Shown: one piece after another, positions 22,134 to 31,455 of the stretch
Position numbering within the stretch: the stretch's first letter is position 1
How the letters are laid out: every line of letters starts with the position of its first letter
NCBI GenBank assembly: GCA_964519725.1
Contig: CAZFKS010000007.1
Coordinates: 1,221-65,220, forward strand
Direction: 5' to 3'
DNA: 64,000 nt
DNA from: an uncultured Gammaproteobacteria bacterium
Lineage (GTDB): Bacteria > Patescibacteriota > Patescibacteriia > Magasanikbacterales > UBA922
Program-made: the position numbers and the translations under genes
The notes under the pieces: model-generated
The model's database searches: none
The model's input: only the letters and a program-made list of their open reading frames with translations
Told to the model about the DNA's origin: nothing

Positions 22134-23591
22134 TTACAAATTTTCGCGACAAAGTGGTGATGAGGTTGCCGTAGTTAATAAAATATAATCATTTGACTGG
22201 ACTAAGCTGCAACCAGAAAATGATTCGTATTTTTGTAAATTTGGTAGTGTACTGGTTGTCACCCACCAATACTCATATTTATTTGGATCAGCTAAATAAT
22301 ATTCAGCTGATTTTTGGTCCACACTAATAATATTCCAATTCTGTACCAGGTGCGTGTGCCAATAAAACGCCGGCAATACTCGGCCCAGAGTCCAATTTTT
22401 AACACCATAAGTAATGACTGGTGCGTCGGCGGGAATAATGGTTTGATTTTGGTTAATAATAATTTCTTCTTGGCGGTCACTGTACGCAAAATACCAAAAC
22501 ATTTTAATTAATTTGTGCGTGTTAAACAGTAATAATCCAACCGCAAGTAAGGCTAAGCCAAAAGCAGTCAATTTTTTCTTAGTAAAAATAATTTGCGCAC
22601 TCACCCCAAAGGCCATAAATAAGGCTGGCAAGGCTGGCACTAAATACCAACTTAATTTAGTACTAATTAAGTGCGGCGGAATTAAAGTTACTAATAACCA
22701 TAAACTTAACCATTTTTCTTTTTTGCAAAAAACCAAACTACTACTGACCACAAGCAGCAGCGCATACCAAATTGCTAATTGTTCAACTGTAAAATTCCAG
22801 TAAAAATTTAAGCCGCCAGTGTGCCCGTCTACGGCTCCACGGACGCGCGTGAAAAATTGTTCTTGCCAATAAATCCGGACATAATCATCTGGTTTAAATT
22901 GGTACTGCAGCGCGTGCCAAGCGAGCCACGGAATAAAAGCGAGTAAAATTCCAACACTAAAATTAATTAACCACTGTCTATTTTTAGTTTGTAAAAAATT
23001 AATTATTTCTAGGGCAATTAAAAAACCCAAAAACGGTAGGGCCCAAACCCCGCGGGTCAGTAAAAACAAACCAAATACAGTGAGCACAGGCCAGATCTTT
23101 TTTGGCCAATATAAATAAGCCGCCGGAATACCAATGGAAAATAAAATCGTAAATGCTTCCAGGTCAGCCGTGCCCAGAGTGTGACGGAGCCACAAAATTG
23201 GCGCGGTCCAAAATATTAATGAGGTCGCGACTGCAATTGTTCGGTTTACACGCGTACGCAGAAGCCAATAAAATATTGCCGCCGCAAGAGCAGTCGCCAG
23301 TAAACCCGGTAACCGCAAGGCCCACACTTCTAAACCAAATAATTTTGTGGAAATAGCCATGAGCCAAAACCCAAGCGGCTCTTTATCAAACCACGGTGCA
23401 CCCTGCAGGAACAAATGAAGCCAATGCCCGCCTTTGACAATTTCCCCAACTACATTGGCGTACAAACCCTCGTCCCAATCAGTCAATGGTCGTATATACA
23501 CAAATATACTGGCCAGTGCGCCCACCCCAACACCCAAAATTCCCGCCAAATATTGATCAATTTTGTCCCATTTTTCTTTCATATTAGCCAA
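22134..23591 (-). CDS. Polytopic membrane glycosyltransferase, GT39/ArnT/PMT-like (dolichyl-phosphate-mannose protein mannosyltransferase family).
   Basis: 485 aa with about 11 TM. The N-terminal loop has the family-typical …RPLTDWDEGLYANVVGEIVKGGHWLHLFLQGAPWFDKEPLGFWLMAIS… (DE/aromatic motif after TM1). Confidence 0.8.
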   Translation of the reverse strand: MANMKEKWDKIDQYLAGILGVGVGALASIFVYIRPLTDWDEGLYANVVGEIVKGGHWLHLFLQGAPWFDKEPLGFWLMAISTKLFGLEVWALRLPGLLATALAAAIFYWLLRTRVNRTIAVATSLIFWTAPILWLRHTLGTADLEAFTILFSIGIPAAYLYWPKKIWPVLTVFGLFLLTRGVWALPFLGFLIALEIINFLQTKNRQWLINFSVGILLAFIPWLAWHALQYQFKPDDYVRIYWQEQFFTRVRGAVDGHTGGLNFYWNFTVEQLAIWYALLLVVSSSLVFCKKEKWLSLWLLVTLIPPHLISTKLSWYLVPALPALFMAFGVSAQIIFTKKKLTAFGLALLAVGLLLFNTHKLIKMFWYFAYSDRQEEIIINQNQTIIPADAPVITYGVKNWTLGRVLPAFYWHTHLVQNWNIISVDQKSAEYYLADPNKYEYWWVTTSTLPNLQKYESFSGCSLVQSNDYILLTTATSSPLCRENL

Positions 23592-23675
23592 TTATGCGAT
23601 AACAGCCGCCCCAGGTCAACCGCACCCAATTGCGCATTTTCCCAAAGTTGTTATCATGGAGGTAACCAAAATTAT

Positions 23676-24770
23676 ATGTCTTTAAAAGAAATTGTTGACC
23701 AAAAAATGCCCTCACTTACTGAATGGCTAGAAAAAGTGGGCCATACCGAAACAGATTCGTTCCGACTTGAGGACAATGCTAAACGCGACCGCTTGGAAAT
23801 TTTGCATAAACGGACTGGCCTTCGCTATGATCGGCCTGATCGCCTGCTTGCGACTGATATTACGAATAATTCCCCAGCTTTTCAGGCTATTTTTAATGAA
23901 AAAGCCGATAATTTGTGTGCAATTCGCTTGGTACCAATTGACCCAGCCCTACCAAAACTCCGGGTTCGTGGCAAATCTTTGCGCGAAAATTTAATTTGGT
24001 TCCATGAACAAGTGATTGATCCGACCCAGTATAAAGTTGAGGTCATCCCTCACCCGACAGAAAGTTTGGCGGCTGGAACTTTTTTGGTGACTGACAAAGG
24101 TGTACTTGGAGAAATTACCCTGGGCTGGCACTGGGAACTCACCCAGGGCTTTTACGACCGTCCACCAGTGACTTTTTTCTATGATTACCAGTCCTGGCAA
24201 TTATCGGAATCAAACCAGGCTGTCTTTGCCACTATTCAGGAGGCAATTAAAGCTCTCCGCATCACTGATCCTAGTTTGCAAGCCACTCTGTCCGAAGAAG
24301 TTGGGGCCGAATTTACGAACCGCGGCTATCTCAAGGGATATTTTGAATTTGCCGTGCCTGATCCACACTATCAGGTGGAATTTATTGATTATAATCGCCT
24401 TTTGTACAAACTTTTGGCGGCCGAAGTTGCCCCAGCTCTACCTCAAGCCAGTGATGAAGTATTAAAAGGCACTATTGCCAGTCGCGGCCAAGCCGTCGGT
24501 CAGGTGCGCTGGGTTGATAATCCAACTGAAGCCGAATTTAATGTGGGCGAGATTCTGGCCTGCTCCATGACCACGGTGGATTTTGTTCCGCTCATGCAAA
24601 AAGCCGCCGGAATTATCACTGAACAAGGCACAATTTTGTCCCACGCAGCCATTGTTAGTCGCGAGCTTAAAAAGCCTTGTTTAGTTGGGGTAAAAACCGC
24701 CCGCCAAAAATTACCAAGTGGCACTAAAATCGAACTAAACGCTAATTTGGGGACCATTAAAATTCTCTAA
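23676..24770 (+). CDS. Protein with a C-terminal PEP-utilising-enzyme mobile (phosphohistidine) domain and an uncharacterised N-terminal domain.
   Basis: The C-terminus …GQVRWVDNPTEAEFNVGEILACSMTTVDFVPLMQKAAGIITEQGTILSHAAIVSRELKKPCLVGV… matches the PEP-synthase/PPDK swivel domain, including the conserved His. The likely start is the ATG at 23676, preceded by GGAGG. The ORF-track start at 23415 would overlap the divergent GT39 gene. Confidence 0.6.
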   Translation: MSLKEIVDQKMPSLTEWLEKVGHTETDSFRLEDNAKRDRLEILHKRTGLRYDRPDRLLATDITNNSPAFQAIFNEKADNLCAIRLVPIDPALPKLRVRGKSLRENLIWFHEQVIDPTQYKVEVIPHPTESLAAGTFLVTDKGVLGEITLGWHWELTQGFYDRPPVTFFYDYQSWQLSESNQAVFATIQEAIKALRITDPSLQATLSEEVGAEFTNRGYLKGYFEFAVPDPHYQVEFIDYNRLLYKLLAAEVAPALPQASDEVLKGTIASRGQAVGQVRWVDNPTEAEFNVGEILACSMTTVDFVPLMQKAAGIITEQGTILSHAAIVSRELKKPCLVGVKTARQKLPSGTKIELNANLGTIKIL

Positions 24771-24791
24771 TTTTAGCCCAAAAATATTGGC

Positions 24792-24820
24792 TTGGCAGAC
24801 CTCCCTGGCTTTGTTACAAT
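24792..24820 (+). promoter_or_regulatory. Near-consensus sigma70 promoter for the dTMP-synthesis operon.
   Basis: TTGGCA (24792-24797), a 17-nt spacer, then TACAAT (24815-24820). Confidence 0.55.
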
Positions 24821-24844
24821 GCCTCCAAAATAACTACCAAAAAT

Positions 24845-25333
24845 ATGGAAGAAGCTTTCAAACGACCAAGTTGGGATGAATATTTTATGGAAATTACCCG
24901 GGCCGTGGCCAAGCGCGCCACCTGTGACCGAGGCCGCTCTGGTTGTGTAATTGCGCGCGACCGCCAAATTTTGGTAACTGGTTATGTTGGTTCAGCCGCT
25001 GGCCTGCCACACTGCGATGAAGTTGGCCACCAAATGAAAGTCATCACTCATGAAGACGGTCACCAAAGCCAACACTGTGTTCGCACTACTCACGCTGAAC
25101 AAAATGCGATTACGCAAGCCGCTAAACTTGGTGTAAATATCAATGATACTGTTTTATATTGCAAAATGACCCCGTGCGCGGTTTGCGCGCGCATGATTAT
25201 TAATGTTGGGATCAAACGCGTGGTCTGCGAAAAACGCTATCACGCTGGGGCAGAAAGTGAAAAAATGTTTCGCACCGTTGGCATTGCCCTAGAATATTTT
25301 GACGAAGGCGTTGAACAATATGCCAACCAATAA
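24845..25333 (+). CDS. dCMP deaminase (ComEB/CMP-dCMP deaminase zinc-binding family).
   Basis: HAEQNAI…PCAVCARMI are the zinc-binding H(A)E…PCxxC motifs. 162 aa. Confidence 0.9.
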   Translation: MEEAFKRPSWDEYFMEITRAVAKRATCDRGRSGCVIARDRQILVTGYVGSAAGLPHCDEVGHQMKVITHEDGHQSQHCVRTTHAEQNAITQAAKLGVNINDTVLYCKMTPCAVCARMIINVGIKRVVCEKRYHAGAESEKMFRTVGIALEYFDEGVEQYANQ

Positions 25334-25883
25334 AATTGTTCTTGGCATTGTTGGTGAAATGGGCGTTGGCAAGAGCACCATCACTGACTACATCAAACAA
25401 AAACACAAGGCGGTTTCTTTCCGCTTTTCTGACATGTTAACTGATATTGCACACCGGTTGTATTTGGAACCAAGCCGCCCAAATTTGCAAATGATTTCAT
25501 CAATGTTGCGGCAGACTATCAGCCAGGACATTATGTCCAAAGTAATTTACAAAGATGCAGAAAATGCCACGGCTGATTTAATTATTATTGAAGGCATTCG
25601 CCGGCCCAGTGACATTACCTACCTCAGAGAATTGTCCAATTTTTATTTGATTGGCATGAATGCTGACGAACGCGTACGCTATGAACGTGTGTGTTTACGT
25701 AGTGAAAAACCGGATGATCAAACCAAAACTTGGGAAGAATTCCAGCAAGATGGTTTAGCTGAAGCCGAACAAGAAATTAAAAATATCAAAGCTGAAGCGC
25801 GTGTTCAAATTGATAATAATGGCACAGAAGCGGAGTTGTTTGCGCAGGTGGATAAGATTCTAACTGACGTTGGTATTACCTAA
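25320..25883 (+). CDS. P-loop NTPase, putative (deoxy)nucleoside or nucleotide kinase.
   Basis: Walker A GIVGEMGVGKST right at the N-terminus, and a lid-like EGIRRPSD. About 188 aa. It is embedded in the thymidylate operon and overlaps the deaminase stop by 14 nt. Substrate is unknown. Confidence 0.55.
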   Translation: MPTNKIVLGIVGEMGVGKSTITDYIKQKHKAVSFRFSDMLTDIAHRLYLEPSRPNLQMISSMLRQTISQDIMSKVIYKDAENATADLIIIEGIRRPSDITYLRELSNFYLIGMNADERVRYERVCLRSEKPDDQTKTWEEFQQDGLAEAEQEIKNIKAEARVQIDNNGTEAELFAQVDKILTDVGIT

Positions 25884-25884
25884 T

Positions 25885-26316
25885 ATGAAAGTTAAAATTA
25901 AATTGATTGATAACACCTTGCCATTACCTGCCTATCAAACACCTGGAGCCGTGGCGTTTGATTTATACAGTCGAATTGATTTGGAAATTCCAGCTAAAAC
26001 TATTGCTAAAATTCCCACCAATTTAATTGTCCAAACTCCACCCGGATATCTCCTCAGCATCGTGACTCGTTCCAGTACGGCCAGCAAAAAAGGATTGTCC
26101 TTGCTCCAAGGCTACGGAATTATTGACCAAGATTATTGTGGTCCAACCGATGAAATTTTATATCAAGTGTATAATTTTACTGACAATTCAGTTACAGTTG
26201 AACGCGGCGAACGTGTGGGTCAAGCCTCCTTCTTGCGCGTGGACCAGGCTGAGTGGGAGGAAGTTCCAGAAATGACTGGTCCTAACCGCGGTGGCTTTGG
26301 AACTACAGGAAAATAA
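25885..26316 (+). CDS. dut: dUTP diphosphatase.
   Basis: MKVKIKLIDNTLPLPAYQTPGAVAFDLYS…, with C-terminal …RGGFGTTGK. Confidence 0.9.
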   Translation: MKVKIKLIDNTLPLPAYQTPGAVAFDLYSRIDLEIPAKTIAKIPTNLIVQTPPGYLLSIVTRSSTASKKGLSLLQGYGIIDQDYCGPTDEILYQVYNFTDNSVTVERGERVGQASFLRVDQAEWEEVPEMTGPNRGGFGTTGK

Positions 26317-26323
26317 TACCAAT

Positions 26324-27196
26324 ATGAAAGCTTACTTAGACATTGTTAAAAAAATTATTGAACACGGTGAAGTCAAAGCTGACCGCACTGGTACTGGCAC
26401 AATTGCCATTGCCGGCGCGATTTTTGAACATGACATGGCCAAAGGTTTCCCTCTCCTCACTACCAAAAAAATGCCGTTCAAAGTCATTGCTAGTGAACTG
26501 GAATTTTTTATCAAAGGCATTACTGACAAAGAATGGTTGCGGGAGCGAAATAATCATATTTGGGACGAGTGGGCCCGGCCAAGTAAAGCGCCCTACGGCC
26601 ACACGGCGCACGCCAAAGAACAGATGTTCAAAGAACGCGATCTCGGCCCAGTCTATGGTTTTCAGTGGCGACACTTTGGGGCTGAGTATAAAAATCATGA
26701 CACTGATTACACTGGCCAAGGCGTTGATCAATTTAAAAATTTAGTGGATGGACTTAAAAAAGATCCAACTAGTCGGCGCTTAATTGTAAATTCTTGGAAC
26801 GCAGCGATGCTGGGTGACATGGGTTTACCACCCTGCCATTATTCTTTTCAAGTCACGGTGATTAATGGCCGGCTTAATTTGCTTTGGAACCAACGCTCAG
26901 TTGACACCATGCTTGGTTTGCCATTTAACATTGCTAGTTACGCTTTACTCTTGCACTTGCTGGCCAAAGAAACTGGACTTAAAGAAGGTAAGTTAGTTGG
27001 TTTTTTGGCTGATGTGCATATTTACCGCAATCATTTGGAAGGCGTCAAAGAACAAATTACCCGCGATCCAAATTTACACAAGTTACCACGTTTAGAAACT
27101 GAAAATTTCACTTCGATTTTTAATTGGAATTACGAAGATACGCGTGTGGTTGGTTACGAAAGTTACCCAAAAATTAGTTTTCAAATTGCTGTTTAA
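26324..27196 (+). CDS. thyA: Thymidylate synthase (ThyA).
   Basis: …DRTGTGTIAIAGAIFEHDMAKGFPLLTTKKMPFKVIASELEFFIKG… and PPCHYSFQVTV (the catalytic Cys region). Confidence 0.95.
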   Translation: MKAYLDIVKKIIEHGEVKADRTGTGTIAIAGAIFEHDMAKGFPLLTTKKMPFKVIASELEFFIKGITDKEWLRERNNHIWDEWARPSKAPYGHTAHAKEQMFKERDLGPVYGFQWRHFGAEYKNHDTDYTGQGVDQFKNLVDGLKKDPTSRRLIVNSWNAAMLGDMGLPPCHYSFQVTVINGRLNLLWNQRSVDTMLGLPFNIASYALLLHLLAKETGLKEGKLVGFLADVHIYRNHLEGVKEQITRDPNLHKLPRLETENFTSIFNWNYEDTRVVGYESYPKISFQIAV

Positions 27197-27197
27197 T

Positions 27198-27668
27198 GTG
27201 TCTTTATCTTTAGTCGCTGGAATAGCTAGTAATAATTGCATTGGAGTGGGTGGCCACCTGCCTTGGCATATCCCTGAAGACCTTAAACATTTTCGTGAGG
27301 TCACGACTGGAAAAACAGTGTTAATGGGCCGCAAAACTTGGGAATCACTCCCCGAAAAATTTCGACCACTACCAAATCGTTTGAATATTGTGATTACTCG
27401 CCAAACTGATTATGTAGTTCCAGAAAAAGTGGAAGTGTTCGCAACCATTGAAGCCGCGATTGCCGCTCACCCAAATGAAGAAATCATGGTCATTGGTGGC
27501 GCAGAAATTTACCGACAAACAATTGATTTAGCTGACACACTGTACATGACTTTGGTTGACCAAGCGATTGACGGCGATGCCTATTTCCCGACCATTGACC
27601 CAAACGTGTGGCATGAAACTACACGCATCGATCACGCTGGTTTTTCCTTTGTGACTTATCAAAAATAA
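27198..27668 (+). CDS. folA: Dihydrofolate reductase. A GTG start overlaps the thyA stop.
   Basis: (V)SLSLVAGIASNNCIGVGGHLPWHIPEDLKHFREVTTGKTVLMGRKTWESLP is the canonical DHFR N-terminus. The in-frame GTG is at 27198. The ATG at 27196 is out of frame. Confidence 0.85.
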   Translation: MSLSLVAGIASNNCIGVGGHLPWHIPEDLKHFREVTTGKTVLMGRKTWESLPEKFRPLPNRLNIVITRQTDYVVPEKVEVFATIEAAIAAHPNEEIMVIGGAEIYRQTIDLADTLYMTLVDQAIDGDAYFPTIDPNVWHETTRIDHAGFSFVTYQK

Positions 27669-27669
27669 T

Positions 27670-28347
27670 ATGCCCGGATTTTTTATTTCCATTGAAGGAA
27701 CAGACGGTTCAGGTAAAGGCACGCAAACTGAATTATTAGTTAACCGTTTAAAAGCTGAAGGCAAACCAGTGGAAGTAATTAGTTTTCCGCAGTACGGCGA
27801 GTCTAGCGCGGCCTTGGTAGAAGATTATTTACACGGAAAATTTGGCACAGCTGAAGAAGTTGGCCCATACCGTGGCTCAATTTTTTACGCCATTGATCGT
27901 TACGCGGCTTCACAAAAAATTCGCGCTTGGCTAGCCGAAGGAAAAATTGTTTTATCTAATCGTTACGTTGGCTCAAACATGGGCCACCAAGGTGGTAAAA
28001 TTAATAACGCAGTGGCCCAGGACCGTTATTTTGCTTGGGTGTATGATTTGGAGTATAATATCTTTGCAATTCCCAAACCGGATTTAAGCTTACTCTTGCA
28101 TGTCCCAGCTGAAGTAGCGCAACAACTAGTGGACAAAAAAGATGATCGCGCGTATTTGCACGGCAAAAAGCGCGACATTCACGAAGATGATTTGAACCAC
28201 TTAAAAGCCGCCGAAATTACGTATCAGCGCGTGGCTCACAAATTTCCAGAGTACACTGTGATTGAGTGCGCACCAAATAATAAACTCAAATCAGTCACGG
28301 AAATTCACGAATTAATTTGGTCTTTCTTAAGTAACAAACTGTCTTAA
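27670..28347 (+). CDS. tmk: Thymidylate kinase.
   Basis: MPGFFISIEGTDGSGKGTQ, plus the DRY-like region. Confidence 0.92.
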   Translation: MPGFFISIEGTDGSGKGTQTELLVNRLKAEGKPVEVISFPQYGESSAALVEDYLHGKFGTAEEVGPYRGSIFYAIDRYAASQKIRAWLAEGKIVLSNRYVGSNMGHQGGKINNAVAQDRYFAWVYDLEYNIFAIPKPDLSLLLHVPAEVAQQLVDKKDDRAYLHGKKRDIHEDDLNHLKAAEITYQRVAHKFPEYTVIECAPNNKLKSVTEIHELIWSFLSNKLS

Positions 28348-28348
28348 T

Positions 28349-29086
28349 ATGCTCATTACGGCCACTCACTTAATTCAAAACACTTTACAACTTTACACTC
28401 GTAATTTAGGCGCGATTGTTAAATACTTAGGTGCCATGTTTGTCGTGTGGGGACTCTTGGCCCTTAATGCCATTGCTGGTTTTTCTTTTTTCCCACGTGT
28501 GCTTGGTACGGCTGGCGCAATCGTTGGCGTAGTTATTCAATTTACAATTTTGGGTTTATTTTTCCTGGTTACCATTGCTTTTAATCGCACTTTACAACGC
28601 GTTGTGCGTGAAGAACCAGTGAATACTATTTGGACAGAAATTAAAGCCGCTAAAAAAGTTTTTCTACCAGCCATTGCCGTTAGTTTTCTCCTTACTTTAA
28701 TTGTCATGCTGGGCATGATTTTATTTATCATTCCAGGGATTGTATTTGCGCTTTGGTACTATTTTGCCAGTTACGCGGCCATGCTTGATAACCAAAAAAC
28801 TTTCGCCGCCCTTAAATTTAGCAAAAGTTTAGTCGCTGGTCGATTTGGGGCAGTGCTCTGGCGGCTATGCGCGCCAATTACTTTGTACGTAGTCTTTTTT
28901 AGTGTAGTCACTTGGTTAATTGTGACTCCAGGCCAATATTTCCTGGCTTCCACTGGCCAAATGAGTGGGTACTGGATTTCAATTAGTTTGGGAATTCTCT
29001 TTTACTTCTTACTTTTCCCAGTCATTACCCTGACCCCAATTCTCCTGTACGAGCACTTAAAAAGCACTCAAGGCCAAGTTGAATAA
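28349..29086 (+). CDS. Hypothetical polytopic membrane protein, the last gene of the thymidylate operon.
   Basis: 245 aa with 5-6 hydrophobic helices. A terminator follows. Confidence 0.5.
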   Translation: MLITATHLIQNTLQLYTRNLGAIVKYLGAMFVVWGLLALNAIAGFSFFPRVLGTAGAIVGVVIQFTILGLFFLVTIAFNRTLQRVVREEPVNTIWTEIKAAKKVFLPAIAVSFLLTLIVMLGMILFIIPGIVFALWYYFASYAAMLDNQKTFAALKFSKSLVAGRFGAVLWRLCAPITLYVVFFSVVTWLIVTPGQYFLASTGQMSGYWISISLGILFYFLLFPVITLTPILLYEHLKSTQGQVE

Positions 29087-29088
29087 CC

Positions 29089-29118
29089 AAAAAACACCCT
29101 TGCCGAGGGTGTTTTTAG
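29089..29118 (+). terminator. Intrinsic terminator after the thymidylate operon.
   Basis: AAAAAACACCCT-tgccg-AGGGTGTTTTTAG. Confidence 0.6.
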
Positions 29119-29138
29119 TATGGTAGGATTAGCTCACT

Positions 29139-30674
29139 ATGGAACTAACTCCAATCATTGGCCTCGAAGTCCACGTTGAATTGGCTACCCAGTCAAAAAT
29201 GTTTTGTGCGTGCCCAAATAATAGCGAAGGCATTCCCGCCAACACTAATATTTGCCCAGTGTGTTTGGCTCACCCTGGCACTTTGCCAGTCCCAAACCAA
29301 ACTGCACTTGGTTGGGCCGTTTTAATTGGTAAAGCCCTTGGCTGCACCATTCGCGACCTGTCCAAATTTGACCGCAAGCACTATTTTTACCCAGACCTAC
29401 CAAAGGGTTACCAAATTTCCCAATTTGACGAGCCAATTGCTGAGCACGGCTCAATTACTTTGAACTTTCCGCTTGAAACTAATGTGCGTGATGTGGCCAC
29501 GATTGGGATTCGTCGCGCCCACATGGAAGAAGACACTGCCAAGTCACTCCATGATGCCTCTCAGGCCTCATTAGTTGACTTTAATCGCGCCGGAGCCCCA
29601 TTAGTTGAAATAGTTACTGACCCAGACTTCAAAAGCGCGCTAGAGGCCAAAACCTACGCTCAGGAACTGCAGCGAATTTTGCGTTATTTGGGCGTTAGTC
29701 AGGCTGATATGGAAAAAGGCCAAATGCGCGTGGAGGCCAATGTTTCAGTCCAGGCGCCTGGATCATTTGAAATTGTAAATGGTGAAGTGAAACCACTTAA
29801 TGGTTTTACTTTGAATAACAAAGTTGAGGTAAAAAATATTAATTCATTTAAGGCTGTTGAAAAAGCAATTTTATTTGAAATTGATCGCCAAACCAAATTG
29901 GTTGAGGCGGGCGAAAGTTGGGTTCAAGAAACTCGGGGTTGGGATGAAAATAAAAATGCGACTGTAGCGCAACGGAGTAAAGAAAATGCGGCTGATTACC
30001 GTTATTTCCCAGAACCAGATATTCCACCGTTTCACCCAGCCAAATATGCCGAGGGTTTGCGCTTACCAGAATTACCCATTGCCAAACGTGCCCGTTTACG
30101 CGAAGAATTAAATTTTTCATACTCTGATGCCGAAATTTTAACTGACAATCCCCTGCTCGCTAATTTTGCTGAGCAAGTAGTTAGTGAAAACGAAGCTTGG
30201 CTTGAGGCAATCGAAGATAAACCCCAAAAAGAAGAGCAAAATGTTCGACTCTGCAAACTAACTGGCGGTTGGATTACTGGAAAATTACTTGGTCTACTGA
30301 ATAGCGCCAATAAAACCATTAAGGATTTTAAAATCAGTCCAGAAAATTTTGCTGAACTCCTCATTCTCATGCACACTGGTAAATTAAATTCAACCAATGG
30401 CGCCAAAATCTTAGAACAAATGGTTGCGAGTGAAGTCGATCTTGATCCAACTCACATCATGGAAGAAAAAGGGTATGGCCAGGTTAGTGATGAGGGTGCA
30501 CTTAGTACTGTGGTCGCGGAAGTAATTAAAAATTACCCAGCCCAAGTGCAGCAATATAAAGACGGCAAAGTCACCATCTTACAATTCTTAAAAGGCATGG
30601 TCATGAAAGCCACCGAAGGCAGTGCTGACCCAGCCGTAGCTGAAAAATTATTACTCGAAGAGTTACAAAAGTAA
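29139..30674 (+). CDS. gatB: Asp-tRNA(Asn)/Glu-tRNA(Gln) amidotransferase subunit B.
   Basis: MELTPIIGLEVHVELATQSKMFCACPN…. Confidence 0.95.
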   Translation: MELTPIIGLEVHVELATQSKMFCACPNNSEGIPANTNICPVCLAHPGTLPVPNQTALGWAVLIGKALGCTIRDLSKFDRKHYFYPDLPKGYQISQFDEPIAEHGSITLNFPLETNVRDVATIGIRRAHMEEDTAKSLHDASQASLVDFNRAGAPLVEIVTDPDFKSALEAKTYAQELQRILRYLGVSQADMEKGQMRVEANVSVQAPGSFEIVNGEVKPLNGFTLNNKVEVKNINSFKAVEKAILFEIDRQTKLVEAGESWVQETRGWDENKNATVAQRSKENAADYRYFPEPDIPPFHPAKYAEGLRLPELPIAKRARLREELNFSYSDAEILTDNPLLANFAEQVVSENEAWLEAIEDKPQKEEQNVRLCKLTGGWITGKLLGLLNSANKTIKDFKISPENFAELLILMHTGKLNSTNGAKILEQMVASEVDLDPTHIMEEKGYGQVSDEGALSTVVAEVIKNYPAQVQQYKDGKVTILQFLKGMVMKATEGSADPAVAEKLLLEELQK

Positions 30675-31454
30675 TTAGGTGGCGCGCGCAATTCCGTTTT
30701 CCTCTTCATTATCATTAACCGCTGCCATTTCCTCATTAGTGTTAGCGGCTTTTTGATTTAAGGCCTGATTCAGTGACGCAGCAGCGCCAGCTTGTCGGGC
30801 GTTCATATTTAAATTTTGACCTGGTGCTGACGGCACAATTTCTTGGTGGTGCACCCCACTCAAATGATTAATTGAAGTAGTGGCTCCAGCTCGTTCATCA
30901 GCTCGAAATTTCTGAGTCGCACTAACTTCACGATTTTGTTTTTCCAATTTTTGGCGTTCAATTTCATCACGAATTTTTTGCATCCGATCATGCGTATCAT
31001 GGCGGTGCTCAGCCGCCTCACGGTCATGAGCCAAATTATGTTCTTCATTTTCATTGGCCACATTTGCGCGCAAAGTGTGAGCTGGTTTTTTTGGCTCAAC
31101 TGGTGCCATAGTTTCAGCCGCATGCTCATAGGCAGTCAGAGCGTTTTTATGATTTCTCTTAAATTCAGTACTGAGCATTCCCTGTTCATACATTTCATCA
31201 GTAAACACTTTTTTCTGTTTTGCACTTTCTAGTCCTAAATCCTTAACCCCAGCCGCGGCTCGAATTGAAACTTTGCGGGCTAATTTTTCACTCATTTTTC
31301 CTGATTCAGTGAGACCTGCCCGCATGGCTTTGATAAATTTATTATTCGACATCAGCCGACTACCACTACTCATAATACTGCGCAGCGGTTTAGACACGCG
31401 CGCACCCAAATTAATACTTCCCAGTTGTGGATTTTTTGGATCAAAGACCGCCAT
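30675..31454 (-). CDS. Hypothetical charged, low-complexity protein.
   Basis: 259 aa, rich in E/K/R/H/N, with no TM and no recognisable motif. Confidence 0.35.
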   Translation of the reverse strand: MAVFDPKNPQLGSINLGARVSKPLRSIMSSGSRLMSNNKFIKAMRAGLTESGKMSEKLARKVSIRAAAGVKDLGLESAKQKKVFTDEMYEQGMLSTEFKRNHKNALTAYEHAAETMAPVEPKKPAHTLRANVANENEEHNLAHDREAAEHRHDTHDRMQKIRDEIERQKLEKQNREVSATQKFRADERAGATTSINHLSGVHHQEIVPSAPGQNLNMNARQAGAAASLNQALNQKAANTNEEMAAVNDNEEENGIARAT

Positions 31455-31455
31455 A

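Noticed and set aside
23415-23675. N-terminal 87-codon extension of the PEP-domain protein in the ORF track.
   Set aside because: It overlaps the divergent GT39 gene and its promoter region. An internal ATG at 23676 is preceded by GGAGG.
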